From the NCBI RefSeq assembly GCF_004010195.1, contig NC_057719.1, positions 48,930,723 to 48,994,722 of the forward strand: a DNA stretch of 64,000 nucleotides. The letters run 5' to 3'. The position numbers and the translations under genes were made by a program. Positions 37,893-53,580 of the stretch are shown piece by piece. The stretch is from Chiloscyllium plagiosum (Eukaryota). Position 1 is the first letter of the stretch. Each line of letters begins with the position of its first letter. The notes below the pieces were generated by a model. The model ran no database searches and was not told the origin of the DNA. It saw only the letters and a list, made by a program, of their open reading frames with translations.

Positions 37893-40800
37893 GTTTAATT
37901 AAATAGGAACATATTTAGATTCTAATTCATCCACCAGTTTTTAGTCCAAAGGTCCACATTCACAAGGTTGGACTGAGCTGCCTTAAGCTTTACCTTGTCT
38001 ATCGTTGAGTTTTGTTACTTTAAAGACTGAATCATCGCCATTCGGCTTGCACCTGGCATCTCTTGCTGGATTAATAGCGTTAATGTATCATATGTAACTT
38101 TCTTGAAGAGGATCGTGCACCATGTTAATCTTAGTGTCATTTGAACAGCTGAGATCGTTATTCACTCTAGTTAAAGATAGCACATGGACTGCTGGTCAAA
38201 TTACTTCCCACAGTCGCTTCTCGCGGTGATGTATTATCTATAAAATACCAGTAAAAAAAAATTGACCACATATCACGAAATGGAGAAGATTTGACAGTTC
38301 ATGTTAAGGCTTGCAAAACAAAGACACTGTTCGTGCAAATTATTGTGCTGAATGAATCAACTCCGCAAACATGGGGTCAATGTTTCTTCGCGTTTGGTGG
38401 ATATCGGGACAAATTATTCCAAAGTAATTTACTGTCCTGAATTATAGTGAATGACTTGTTCAACTCTTTCAACCGGGAGCATGTTAAAGGCTGAGCTTGT
38501 GAACATAGGCTACGTATTTTGGGTTAAATGGTTTGATTTCGGTAACGAGGGTGTGAATTATAAGTAGAATGGGTGGAGACCTAAGCGTCATTGCCGAAAT
38601 TGGAACATGTTGATGGCTTCGCTTTGATATCAACCTGTGTGTAGTCAGCTATGTGAGCTATGGTCAGCTCGAGTGAATAATACTAATGAAAACAAGATGA
38701 GAAAATGAAGGAAATCTCCAGAATTTCTCCTGTTGTGTATGTGATAAAGTGTGAAATGTTAAGGCAGTTGATCAGCAGCTGGTCGACTTTCTCGTCTGGG
38801 TCAGTTCTAAAACATTTTAAAATTCTCCGCTCATGCCCAGAAGCCTTCTGCTTCCCAAACCGTCATAGGAATGCGCAATATCACTATTGTCGCCAAAATG
38901 ATCAACAATGTGGGATAATGTTTAAAAGTGATGACAGAAAACGGAGAATAATATTTGAATGGAGGCTGATGTCCATGAATGTATCAGTTTAGAAGTTGTA
39001 AGATTCTGTTGGCTGTACTATACATATTTAAAAAAAACACAATAAAACTTTAGATCTGGCAAATGTTAATTTTCTGAATTCCAAAGATGCAATTACTTCT
39101 AACGTGACTGATTCCCAGAAGGACCAATTCCGCAATGAAATCGCCTTGATGTGAAGCACAAGTAGAGATTAAAGGGCAAAGACTCGATTCTTTTGGAATT
39201 CTAATTTCAACCGCCATTGTAATGGTCCTGTGACGATTTTACAGCCTGGAAGGTTCTATATAAATTAAGTTGTTTTTATCAGAGCAGTCAGCGGTTAGAT
39301 ATCAGTCAATAAATGGGAACCGGATATCACGCTCAGCTGAAACGATGCAGTAAAATTTGAAACCCAAAGATAAATAGCCATGCATACACCACAGACAATG
39401 TACCGTGAACAAATATATCTGGGTGCACCAGGGATACTACTTACCGACTGGAACGACAAACGTACAGACAACGCAGTGCGCCGGGGTGTTGGTGTGGGGG
39501 CGGTGGGGATTGGGGGGTGAGGGGAGGAGCGGGCAGGGAGGAGGGGAATCTTCCCACAGAATACAATGAAGTTTTTTTGCCACATAGATTGTTGGAGCAG
39601 AGTCGGGGTGTTTTAATATGGAAATAGACAATTGCTTGCGAAAGAGGAAAGTGACAGAGAACGGCCTTAGACTAAATGGTACAGTTGGATCTTTTTAAAA
39701 TATAGACTTGCTGGACAGAACGGTCTGTCACTGATGTAATATTCTCCAGATTTACACGATTATGATGTCCACTACCAACAAAACAGGCCTTTTGGATGGG
39801 AAATACTGATTAGCAGCAAAGTAAGTGGGCGTTCCACTTGCCTGAGGTCAAGTTTGCTGTCATTCTTCTCACTGAAGTTGGTTTAACTGATTCTACTGTT
39901 AAAAGGGTTTAATTAGAAAAGCCCCTCAGATTGCCTAGGTCAAAAACTGAACGGTGTTAATCGAAAGGTAGCATTTAGCAATTCCTTTCAAGACACTTCC
40001 CATAATTGTCCGCCCTTTCCTTAACCAAGGCGTCAGTCTCAAATATACCGAGCTCAAAGTTAAACTTGAAATTACAATTGATAGCGAAACAATTCCTGAT
40101 TCATAAATCATTTCGCAAGTAAATTAAATCTCCGAAACAACGGAGTGGCTATTTATTTGTTATCGATATATGAAGAACGGTGTGTTCTATGCTCTACTTT
40201 TGGTGTTCAGTCTCCATATTGGGTAATAATAAATTACAGTTAATCCAGCAGATATATGTTCTCCGAAAAATGACGGTTCAACGTAAGCAGGGAACAGGTC
40301 GGTTTTTGTGGGAAATAGTCTGTAGTTCGAACGGAGCAAATTACACAAAGTTTGTAGATCTGAATAGATGAAAGATTCTGAGACAAGGGCTCTTTAATTA
40401 ATTAATATTGTCAGCAGTCCGATTTGCTTTGAATGCTTTCCTTAGAGTGTGTGAGTAAAAAGGTCATGATTAACAATCCCCTTCAGGTCCGAAGGGTGTT
40501 ACTTAAACGCGTGTTTTATATGTTGAAAGTCAATTGAATAAAGCGGCCATTGCGCAGTTTTCTGTGCTCAGAAATAAAAGCTTGCTCAGTGACTTGGGAT
40601 CTTAGTGTATAATGCATTTAAAGATGAATGAGCCAAATAGTTTTTGGTATCCTAGTCCAAACAAAATAATTTAAAACGGTGAAAATGGCTGTACTGTGAG
40701 AGCTGAAATACACTAGTAGCTGTTTACACTCTTTGAATATATTTACCATCTCTCCACATATTTTTGATATTAGTAACGTTTGCACCAATCCAAGTCTTCT

Positions 40801-41190
40801 CGCAGTTAGAAGTGAGACTGAGACGTTGAGATTGTGCATTAAGTTATCTTTCAAAAAGAATAAAATCGGCATATATGGTGTCTTGTGGTGGATGAGATAT
40901 TCAGGCGCTCATAGGAACCACGCCAATGTTTGCAGTTGTGTTTGCAACAGATTCTGCATTTCCATCCAATTACATTGTTCGCATTCAGACACTTGATATG
41001 TGCTGTCACAATCATGTAATTCAAGAATAAATTTAAGTCTCTGCAAAACGTGTTAGCAAATATAGTACGCAGGTTCATACTAAATCCGCTTTAATCAGCC
41101 ACCAAATTAGGAGAGTAACAGCATAATGGGTGGGACCAGGATGGATGAGCTGGGCAGCTAATATTAACCAGTTCAGCAGCAAAAGTGATA

Positions 41191-42771
41191 TTTATTATAA
41201 AGAAATGATCGAAATTTCACAAGACCTTTTATCTATCATAAAATAAGCACTGTACATAACCGAATATTTATATGAATTAGTTGGACAATAAATATCTGAA
41301 ATGGACAAAAGTTCACGTGTAAAAAGCACAATTTATGAATCAATTTATATCTTACCTACATTTACATTGAAAACACTTACAATACCTAATAAAAAGGAAA
41401 ATAGGTGGTAGAGACTGGAATCCAGATCAAGCCCCGTCATTTTTACACTAAGAAGAAATACAAAAGTATCCTGTACATAAAAAAATCGATAAAATTTCAG
41501 AACTTTCAAGGAAAATAGACAAGTAAAGCGCCTAGCGTTTGTTTAGCTTCAGAAGTTGCAGGTTGGAGTATGTATATATTATATGATATATGTATACACA
41601 CACTCTAAGTCAGGCATCGTTTGTGCATCAGTTGCTACAAGAATTTGTCTTCTTCTCATTTTAAAACTTATAAACATAACAGCTTATATCTGTGCCTCTA
41701 AAATGAAAAAACAAAAGGAAAATAGACGTGGTACAGTGCAAATTTTCGCCACTCTAACAGATTGGCTGCAAGCTATAAAAGCACATTCTCACCCTCATGT
41801 CTTATGATGGGAGTGGAGGGGTGGGGGCTGGGGTTTGGTGGGCAGAAGGGAGGGAATGGAATTCCTGAACTGACATTATTTGGTAAACTAATGGACCCTA
41901 ATGGCAGACTCGAAGTCATGCAGTTTTGAACACACCCACTAAGTGCCATCGAGCCTCAGGATTTCCACTTTATTGAATATTGTTTCAGATTTAGCCGTGG
42001 AAGACAAATCTAAATTGTGCTAGAATGACTTTAAAATAGTCGTCCGTATCTGTGGACTCCAGTATGGTTGATGTTTATGCATATATATTACTTTATTAAC
42101 ACCTGCAAACAAAAGAACCAACTTCTGAGCACCTGACCCTCAGTGGGGTCAATACAACCGGCCATCTTTGAAGCTATTGGGTTCATAAGGACAAATAGTT
42201 TGAGCGCCCGTGTGAAAGATGCAGCTAGAGTCACGAAGTTTCACAGTTCAGCTTATGTTTGAAGGCGCTCATTTCAAACAATGGTGGGTACCTATTCCAA
42301 CAGAATTTAGCTCAATTTTAAACAACAGCAGAACCATGCCCACCCCTCCCCCACCGCTCGAGTTCAACAGCGACAAAGGGTTCACACACTTGCATACAGT
42401 ATAGCAGATCATACTTGCTTTGAGTCTAGCACAAATAAAAACACAGATGTACCACTGATATAAGACACACATTGATTGTCTCTCAGAACTACATATGGAA
42501 CCCTTATAAACATTTTCTTTTTAAATAAAGTAGTGCATCTGTGACACCAATCGCACAATTCACACAGCCCTGATGGTCCTTTTGTTTTGTTTTTAAAGGC
42601 CAACTTTAAAATGGCTACATTTGGAATGATTACAAATATCGTCCTGTCCATTCCAAAGGTTTAACCGGATGGTTGGCTACAAGAACTGGAATGACGGTAA
42701 GTCATGTGCTCTCCATTCCAAAGGTTTAACATTGGAATGATTTGTCCAATTTCAAAGAGAGTCCCAACACT
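41191..42771 (-). other. otx2: otx2 3' UTR (extent uncertain) with candidate AATAAA signals
   Basis: TTTATT on the + strand at 42092-42097, 41969-41974 and 41191-41196; AU-rich distal part. Confidence 0.5.
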
Positions 42772-44747
<1,976 letters not shown>

Positions 44748-44999
44748 CTACTCAGAGGAAGAGAAAAGGTTGATGAGAGGAGGGATCTAGAGGAGATGTT
44801 GTATCTCCGATCACTGGAAAGTATCTGATTCCTCAATAGATCTCAGCCTGTCTCTTTAAAGCATCCGGAGACCCCCAGCTGTCTTTTGGACCCAGGGATG
44901 GAGACCAGATAAATATGTCCCAAAAAACGTGCTACACCCATTCATAAAGTACGCCTTCCACATAACAAAACCCCAATGCCTGAAATGCACACAGCGCAT

Positions 45000-45075
45000 T
45001 GTTAGCAATGCAATTTGCATAGATCCCATTCGTTAGCACCAATCTGTTATCACGCTAATTGGCTCAAACAAAACT
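45000..45075 (-). promoter_or_regulatory. Candidate otx2 proximal promoter motif cluster
   Basis: Octamer ATTTGCAT 45013-45020, CCAAT 45039-45043, CTAATTGG 45055-45062 and Fox-like CAAACAAA 45065-45072, ~400 nt upstream of the ATG. Confidence 0.5.
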
Positions 45076-46091
45076 TGATTGTGGACCATTTGCAGAGACA
45101 ATGAGTTGCTGGCCCGGGAAGGAGAAAATCGACAAACTACCGATAACAAAGAGTTTATGCACAGGGAAAAAAAAGACGCAATGTTAAAAAAAAAGAGGTT
45201 CCTGTGTAGGATTTGCAACCGGACGCTAGCGAAGTTCTCCGTTTTATTTGACAGAGCTGAGAATACACCTGTTTGAATTGGAAGGCCAACATTTAGTGAG
45301 ACGCAGCACAACGCCTCAGCTCCCCGAGTCAATGAAGTGTCGAGGTTTCGCCGTACAGAATATCCACCTTAGTGGTGGGTTGCTCGGAGACAAAGCCAAC
45401 AAGTCGCAATTCTCAATGGGGGAGGGGGGTAGAGAAACATCGCCGGGAAATCAAAACTATTTGTGCTCAATTGTATTGCACCTGAATGCTAAAAACAAAC
45501 CAACATGATTGAAAGAAGAGTTTAGTGCCCAGTTTACACACACTGGGGTCAGATTCCTCAGTTGATTGGACAACTTTGGTCTAAAACGGTTTACCCGCGG
45601 AAGTCATATATTGTCACCTGATCAATTCTCCAAGAAATACTCCAAAAATCTCCTGCATCACAACAACAATGAAAATATTTTACTTGACTTTAGAATAAAA
45701 GTGGCGGCACCTGATTTGCGCCTGGCATCTTACTTTGAGGAGACGATGTTTAGGAAGAGCGAGCACACCTTCAAAATGGCGGAGGTGAGGGTTGCAATAA
45801 CCAAACTTCTCATTACAAAACAAAAACTAGGCAGTCGACTCATTCAGACGCTGACCTATTAAATATAGCAGACAGCATTCTACATAGCGTCTACTGGGTC
45901 CAGCCCGTGTTAAAAGGGGCTACTTCCAGAATATTTTAAAAAAAAACCAAAGCTGCAGAATAAGCCACATGACCCTTGGTGCAGTCTCAGACTTCAGCCC
46001 GAGTAACCCAATGCTCATTCATTCGATTGCTACTATTCACCGATAGAGAAATAAAACACAATCTTTGCCAGTTTCAAGTACAGGCCCTTAC

Positions 46092-46217
46092 CTAAAACAA
46101 AATGAATTGCAAGTTGCAGCCTTCCACTCCCGACCCGACTGGCCGTACCTGCAAGGCTGAAGCCACAGGGAAATTGCTTCCCTTGCTGACTGCGAGAGAA
46201 GTGGAACCAGTTATATA
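46092..46217 (-). promoter_or_regulatory. Candidate intermediate otx2 promoter and short first exon
   Basis: Minus-strand TATATAA (46217-46211), CAGT Inr-like motif ~26 nt downstream, donors CAG|gtacgg (46149) and TAG|gtaagg (46092); TAATCC at 46376-46381. Confidence 0.4.
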
Positions 46218-48518
46218 GAGAGCGGGTCGAGTCTGTCGGCTTCCCAGCACAATCTGTCACTTTTTGAAAGAATCCTATCTACCAGTTGCTCGGCATTCGG
46301 TCGATCGTAATTACCCCGCCGAGCATGCGGCCGAGAATTAATTATAATAAATGTTTTCTTGATAAATTAACGAGATAATCCGGGTGGCACACGTTCCTTA
46401 ATTACAGGACGCTGCAAAAACTGGGATGGCGAAGAACGCTTTCTCCCTCATCCCTGCTGCATTTGTTCTGATTAATTTTCTGCTTGATGGAAATGAAACA
46501 AAGCTATAGAGTCGAACTGTGTTTATTAAAAAAAACATCATTAACCTCATATAGGGCCCGGCCCTGCAACCTTGAGACTCGTGGGATTTCGAACAACTAG
46601 CATTTACTTTCATATTTGATACAGTATTTGTAACGTGTTATGGCCGCTGCTCTACTGCCACAATTTGAAATGAAGCGTGTTTAAACGATGATGGTAAGTT
46701 ATTTATTTCAAACTGCATTTAACCCTTCCTCTCGTCATCTCCTAACCTGTACGAAATGCAAAATGATGAACAGTTTTAAATTTAATGTTTACTGTAATTA
46801 GAGTTGTTCAAATTTTTTCGTTTAAATACGCGCTGTAGTTACGTGTCCGCAAGTTTCCAAACTTGTTCAGGGCTTACAGTTCCACGTTCAATGTACATGC
46901 AAGATAAGCTGGTGAGATGTGAGTGGCTTTGCTAAATGCGGCACCCGCTCAAATAGAATGAATGGTGGATCTTGCTGTTTACAGGTTTAGATACTCTTGA
47001 TGACTTAGACTCTACATTTACAGCGACAAGCTCTCCCGCTGGATAAATCTTAACGGAAACGTTTTCAAGATTCTTGCAATAAGGTTATGCAATGAGACAT
47101 TTAAAATCTTAATTTATATTTGCTTGAGGGATAAAAAGGGATCTGACTAATCCAACCGTTTGGGCATTAAATAATATTTCGAAATTAGTCAAAAGGTTAA
47201 AGCAATTATCTCACATGAGTCTAAGTATCAGGAGAAACTAAACGTCAATTAGAAAAATACTGACCTTAATTTCAAATATTTAAATGTGATATTCGTACGT
47301 ACGTGAAGCTGCAGACTAATACTGACTGGTTGTTTAGTTAACATTTCAACTTTAGCAAATAAAGCTGGCTTTTAGGTTTCAAAGACTTCTTTATAAATCT
47401 AGAAAATATCATTATATTAATTTTAAAATACGTATTCATTTATTTATAAACTTCAACTTCTTTGATTGAAGTATGTTATAGTAGGTTCCAGTTTTTACTT
47501 AAAAAAAAGACAAGATCCCTTAAACTTTTACTGCACGGACCAAGTGCTTCCGGAGCTGAGTCGAACGTTGGAATTGTTAAAGCTATTTTGTAAAATTACT
47601 GAACGCAGTTTTTGTTTTGGTGGAAAGTTTGTTGGAAACTCAAACCTTAGGTTTCTTTTTTTTTAAGCTATCCGAAATTTAAATAGATTTTGAACAAACC
47701 GCTTTGCATTGAAAAGAAAACCAAGTAGTTTTATATTCACGTCTAGAATTCGAGCGGAAAGCAGCGGAGGTTTTGTTCAGCGAGGTTTCTTCTCGGTTAG
47801 GTTATTGATCCGACCCTCTGCCAGGAAAGCTGTTCGTCAATAATTGGGAAGCGATCGATCTCATTCCAGTTTATTTGAACTGATAAACGCCTGGCAATAA
47901 ACATCTGCAGCCTCAAATGAGGATGTGATTGCAGGGGCAGATCAACGATATCAGGAAAAGAAATCGAGAGAAATCCACGCCTCCCCAATTATCCGTGTTT
48001 GAACATTCATGGGGATGAAGGGAATTTACTGGGATCCAGTAGCAAACCCAACACGCGCGAAAGAAAACTGTTTCCGCTCAATTCGCACACGACTGGGCAA
48101 GTTAACAATTATAAACCACATTTATTGGAGAAACTAGCAAACGAGCATATACTACGAAAACACAGGGCGAGACTTTTACTTATTTCTCTGCCATTTCATC
48201 CCCATCCAATCTCCCAGAACTCAGTGTATGTTCTTCAAAATACAAAACAAGCACCAAGATTTTCAGACTGGTCAGAACAGCCTTTGGACTAAAAAGCACA
48301 ATCGTCAACAAGCCGAATATACGAAAAGTCTTCTACTGCACGAATGACCACATCAAGCGGGATTCACCCCAGGGTAGATGTTTTTACACATTTGATATTC
48401 TATAGGAGGTCTTGCGCAGAGTTTGAAATCAAACACCCCATTCGGTACGAACATATTAACTAAGATTTTCGACCACAGAGGAAGGTTAAGTTGTGTTTTG
48501 TTTTGCAAAGAAACTCAC

Positions 48519-48591
48519 CTGTTTTACAGTGCTTAGGTCGAAGGAAAACCCCAAACAAGTCAGGCTTCCCCGATACTGGCGGCCTTTGTCC
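48519..48591 (-). other. Candidate non-coding 5' exon of otx2 (73 nt)
   Basis: Minus strand tttcttgtgtatttgctttcag|GGACAAAGG...AAAACAG|gtgagt: strong acceptor and consensus donor in otx2 orientation. Confidence 0.55.
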
Positions 48592-49685
48592 CTGAAAGCA
48601 AATACACAAGAAATAGGTTAGAAGTCTCCAGATTATCGATTGGCAAAATCTTTTCGTGTACAATTGTTCCAATATCAGCGAGCCAAGTCAGACTCTGTCT
48701 ATTTTAAGAAGAAGATGGGTGAACCTATTTAAAGCTGGTCTCTGATGTATGGAAATGGAAAATGATCGAGATTGCTGAGTTGTGCTGGTCTCTCTCTCTC
48801 CCCTTTCTCTGAGACTTGCTGAGAAAGCGCCTCTCTGGTAACTTTTTGACGCAAACTCCGCAGCCAATAGCAAAGGGAGAATGATTGACACATCTCAGCA
48901 GAACCAGAATGAGAGAAACGCTGCTCCGAAGGAGAGAGAGAGGAAGAGAGAGAGAGAATCAAAAACAGGGAGAAGTAACCCCAAAGCAGAAAATGAAGGA
49001 AAAGAAAAACAAGTAATGGCAGTTAAAATTTAGTAGCACTGAACAGGAGAGAGCGAGAGAAAAAGTGAGAGAGAATGAAACACTTTGAAAGCATTCACAT
49101 TCACCAGCCAGAATAACATGGAGACAGGCAGAGATAAACTAGGATTAAAACAAACATAATTAAAACAAGACGTATTAAATGACAATTCGGGACTGAGTTA
49201 AGAAGACAGATGGACAAGCAAGAATCATTTCGAAGGATATAGAAAAGGCATAAAATCACACCTATCGAGGGGTGGGAAGCAGAGAGACAGGGAGAATAAT
49301 TATGAAGGTATTAAACAGAGGGAGCAATCAGGTTAGTGATTTTGGGTTGAACCAACAAGAGAACCGAGTATGGATAAGAGTAACCCGGAGTTACACTAGC
49401 AAGAATGCCACAGCGAGAAGGCATTAAGTAGAATAATTTAGGATAACTGACGCAGGGAATAATAACAAACCCGGCTACAACTGTCATAGGGCCAGAGAAC
49501 AACCAGTGATGAACCAGAGTGTGAAGAATTCATAATTATACAGGGAACTATGCAACTGAAGGTAAGAACACATCATTTAATATCAATAGAAAAGGCAGAC
49601 TAGCTTCAAGGACAAGTATTAAAACAAACGAAAATATAATCATAATTTAAACAACAGTGCAGTAAATTATGGGTTGGTAGTTGGT

Positions 49686-49722
49686 GATAGATAAATAGAT
49701 AGATAGTTAGACAGACAGACAG
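49686..49722. repeat. (GATA)n/(GACA)n microsatellite
   Basis: gatagataaatagatagatagttagacagacagacaga. Confidence 0.8.
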
Positions 49723-52700
49723 AAAGCTCGAATAACACCACTCCAATTAAATGAGTTTTATCAGTGCGATTAACCTGTGGCCTAGGATCCAATTTCCGTG
49801 CTTTGAAGTAGAAACAATCTTTCTAGAAATACGAATAGCAGGCCTAGCACACGTGGAGAATAAAGACTTCAAAATCAGACCAAGAATGAATTAGCGATAC
49901 TAAAAAGGGAAATAACAACACTCTAGGTCGATTCACTTGGCCAGGATAACCCGTTGTTTCCGTACATCGAGATGTGCGTGCGGCATTTCATTGCACCTCA
50001 CTTGCAGCGTCCATAATGGAAAAATAACTACACCAAAGTCGCCCAAATATTGCCTGAGAGAAAACAAAATTTTCTTAAACGCGCGCTTAAAGCTCGCAGA
50101 TAGACTGAAGGGAGAATAATCAGATTTTTTTTGAAGACTGGAGACAATTAGTAATTTCAAATAAAACAGAAACTCTTTGGTTGCGGAAAGAGTGCAACTG
50201 GAGCAAGAACCGAGATCAGTCAGAAGGGGGAATGTGGATTCTAAGAGGAAAATGATAGAAAACTGGTGAAAATGTTGATCAACATTAAGGTGTGCCCAAT
50301 CCAAATATTTTCATGTACAACTGTGCAAATGGTGTTACCACTTTGTGGTCAGTACCGTTTCTAAATGTTCCGGTTAAGAGCACGGCCCACCATGTATAGC
50401 AATAATCCGGCTTCAAGTAGTCTACAACACGACTCAAAAGGAATCATATTAACAGATATCATCAGTTTTCTTAACCCAATATACGTAATTGTTTGAGATG
50501 CCGCTGGCTATCAACAACAACACCCACAGTTACACGACTCCTAGTGTCAACAGATGTCTTAAAATGGGCTCTTCTCTGGCAAACAATTAAGGAGAGAATG
50601 GCAAGAACAATTCAAAGAAATACCGAATGGATTGAAATGGACTAATTGCAAAGTTAAGAGTAATGGATTTCTAGGAAATAGAGAATGGCAAAGGCCATTC
50701 ATTCAAGCAACCACCAATTGATCTCAGTGAAACTCCCCACCTCTCCCACCCCCCCGCGTTTGGCTTTGCAGACTTTCTGCTGTAATGTTTCAATGCGAAT
50801 GAAATTGTTGTGAAATTCAGAGGAAACTGGAGGAGCAGCATCGACTATTTTTATTCAATAACTATAAAAGCACAACAGCGCCACACTGGTCACAACACTT
50901 AGGTGGCCGAATCAAGCGCAAAAAAAAAACACAAAACTTCACAGATTCAAAATTGGAAACTTTGCAGAAGCCATGCTTCAAGGCTTCAACCATGCTGTTG
51001 AACTGCAGGCAAAGTAAATGTTTAGTTTTAATGTCCGTGCCTCATTCCTTAACGAAGACACAGCCAGACCCGAACACAAACCACATACAGCAAGATCCTC
51101 AGTAAGAATACACTAATGGCAGAGATAGAATTTTGGGAAAACTGATTTTCTTAAGCTGATGACAAAAGTCAACATATTTCTGCCAGATTGGTGGCGTATA
51201 TTAGAAATGATTTGCTGTACGATTGTTTTATTGTTACATTTTAATAATTTCGACAATCACTTTCCGTGATCTTATTTTAGAAAACCCGTTTGAAGTGTTA
51301 ATGGGAACGACATGTCAGTCAGCACTGTCTAGATCGAACTACTGCTGCAGTTAATATGGATTGATATGGTCTTTTATCGAAATTTAACATGTTTATCGCA
51401 TTTTCTTTGCCCCGGTCAAATTATTATGCACAAGATCCCCTTAGCAATCAGTTGCGAAATTATTCGAGGGAAGGTGGTTATTTGTTTCTGTTGCGTATTG
51501 TATGTATCAAAGAGTATCAAAGAGTGGAAAATGACCTCGCTGAGGTGTATCACTGGTTCAATTTGAATTCGTTGTCGTTCTGCACCTTGAATGATGCCCG
51601 CACGATAAATCGCCTTCGTTTTTGGATGTGACGGACCACAGTAGATTCCTTGAAATTCATTTATTTATTTTAAACAAGACATAATCGTTTTGTCGCCCCA
51701 TGAAAGGCACTACAAGAATAAATTTTCTTTGAAGTGCTTTATCTCTTGCATTTCGAATGAAATTATTTACATCAAGAAAATAACTCAAATCTCGATAAAA
51801 GTTCCACGTTGTTCCAATGCTTCCTCAAACCTCTATACAATTGATGTTCGGAGTGCAATATTTCTACGAGAAAGGATAAACCCAATCATCTGAAATCTAT
51901 TGGATTTTAATTGCCTTCTCTTTAGTTTTAAGATATTCGTTTTACTTAAGTTAAAACTTTAAGAGTTGAGCTATAAACATAACAGCCTGAGTGATATTGG
52001 ATCACTTTTTTCCATGTCGATAAAAGTATTGTGAATTGAAATGTTGAATTGTCAATTCAACTTACAGCAAAATATGAGACAAGTATTTTCTTAAAGACCA
52101 ATGGCTAGGCTAAACGAAAACAATCCTGTGGAAGCGTTGAAGAATTGACCAGCTTTAGCTAAGTCTTTCTGTGATATAATGGGTCACAAGGTTGGATCTT
52201 ATAAAAACAAATTGGATGCTAGTTTTTGAAACTTAAAAAAGAAACATTGCATTAATGGGTGATTGAACAGTTTACACGACCGTCAGTGCTTTACTTTCTG
52301 AGTAAAAGATCTGATTAACTGCTCATGTTAATGTTCTAGGTGTCAGCAAATTATTAGTGAGTTGGTAAAGTGACATTAAAACAAAACTGGGGAAGAAGAT
52401 CTCAGCATTGTACTCTGGAGCGAAACAAAAAGCTAATCTAAAAATGATCATTATTTGAAATGTTACACGTTGAAAACTCGCAAGGTACTGATCACCTACA
52501 CATATGTAGTGAAATATGTATGACCCGTTGATATTAAACTTATAAATCAATATTGCAGCACACCGCACTGGGCGGCTGATTTGACACCTACATACGCAGC
52601 CTGATCCGCTTGCTTTTTTTTAATACAAATCAATGTTACAACAAAGCAAAGAAGTGGCAACATAGAATGAAAAAGGTGTTTTACCCGGTGTCTTACACCC

Positions 52701-53545
52701 TGTCAATTGTAGTTCATCGGACGATTTACTATTACAGTTGCTAACCTTCTGTCCCACATTACGTCAAATTGATAGTTCAGTTTCTGAATAGATACGACCG
52801 CATTTGCCCAGTATCTTTTATATCGTGAAGCCAAGATGTACTCTTTAGAAAACAGACTGCACTTCCTGAACAGAAGAAATGTGGGAGGAGTCGTATAAAT
52901 CAAAGAAAATCTGGATAGATTTGTGTCTAAATATGTTATCACCACAGAGACAGTCACGCAAAAACTCAAAGAAGGCAAAGTCATCGAACATCATTCGATC
53001 ACAAACAGCAAAATCAATTAAACCGGCCTCTTATTTCTCCCCCTATAGTCACACGTCAATATATTGTTATAAGTTGGTTAGTACAAGTATATCACGAGTT
53101 TTAATTAGCAAGGAAATCTTAAAGACCTCCCACCTCACCTGGAGTGGAAAGGAGAGTCGTGAACTGTGAGATTCATTTCCCAAATTTCGCAGGAATATCT
53201 CGAAAACCAGTCGTCAATGCAAATCAAAACAGAATAAGCGAGGGTTGGGGGATGGGGTGGGGGTGGGGGTGTTCGTGGTGCTGTACTGTATGACTACTTT
53301 CAAAGGGCAGTGGCGAGTGGGGGCTCGGGAGCATCAGCCAGGAATCATTTTTTCATTGCTTTTCATCGGGTTAAAGTTGTGTTGTGAACAGCGCGGCGCT
53401 GCAATCAGCCTCTGACTCAGTTCTGGAGCAGATGACTGTTTTCCAAATTATACAATTTAATCCCTTCACAGCAGCGAGCTGCCAACAGAAAAAAGAACGA
53501 AACACGAGCTGAGTGGAAAAAATAGCAATCTAAACCAGATCCAAG

Positions 53546-53580
53546 TGTGTATGTGTGCGTATGAGAGAGAGAGAGAGAGA
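53546..53580. repeat. (GT)n-(GA)n compound microsatellite
   Basis: gtgtgtatgtgtgcgtatgagagagagagagagaga. Confidence 0.75.

Noticed and set aside
42612..42740. Possible miR-1-family precursor (TGGAATG plus hairpin) or CRISPR-like repeat
   Set aside because: Only the seed matches, stems are too short for a pre-miRNA, and there are two units in a eukaryotic UTR with no cas genes
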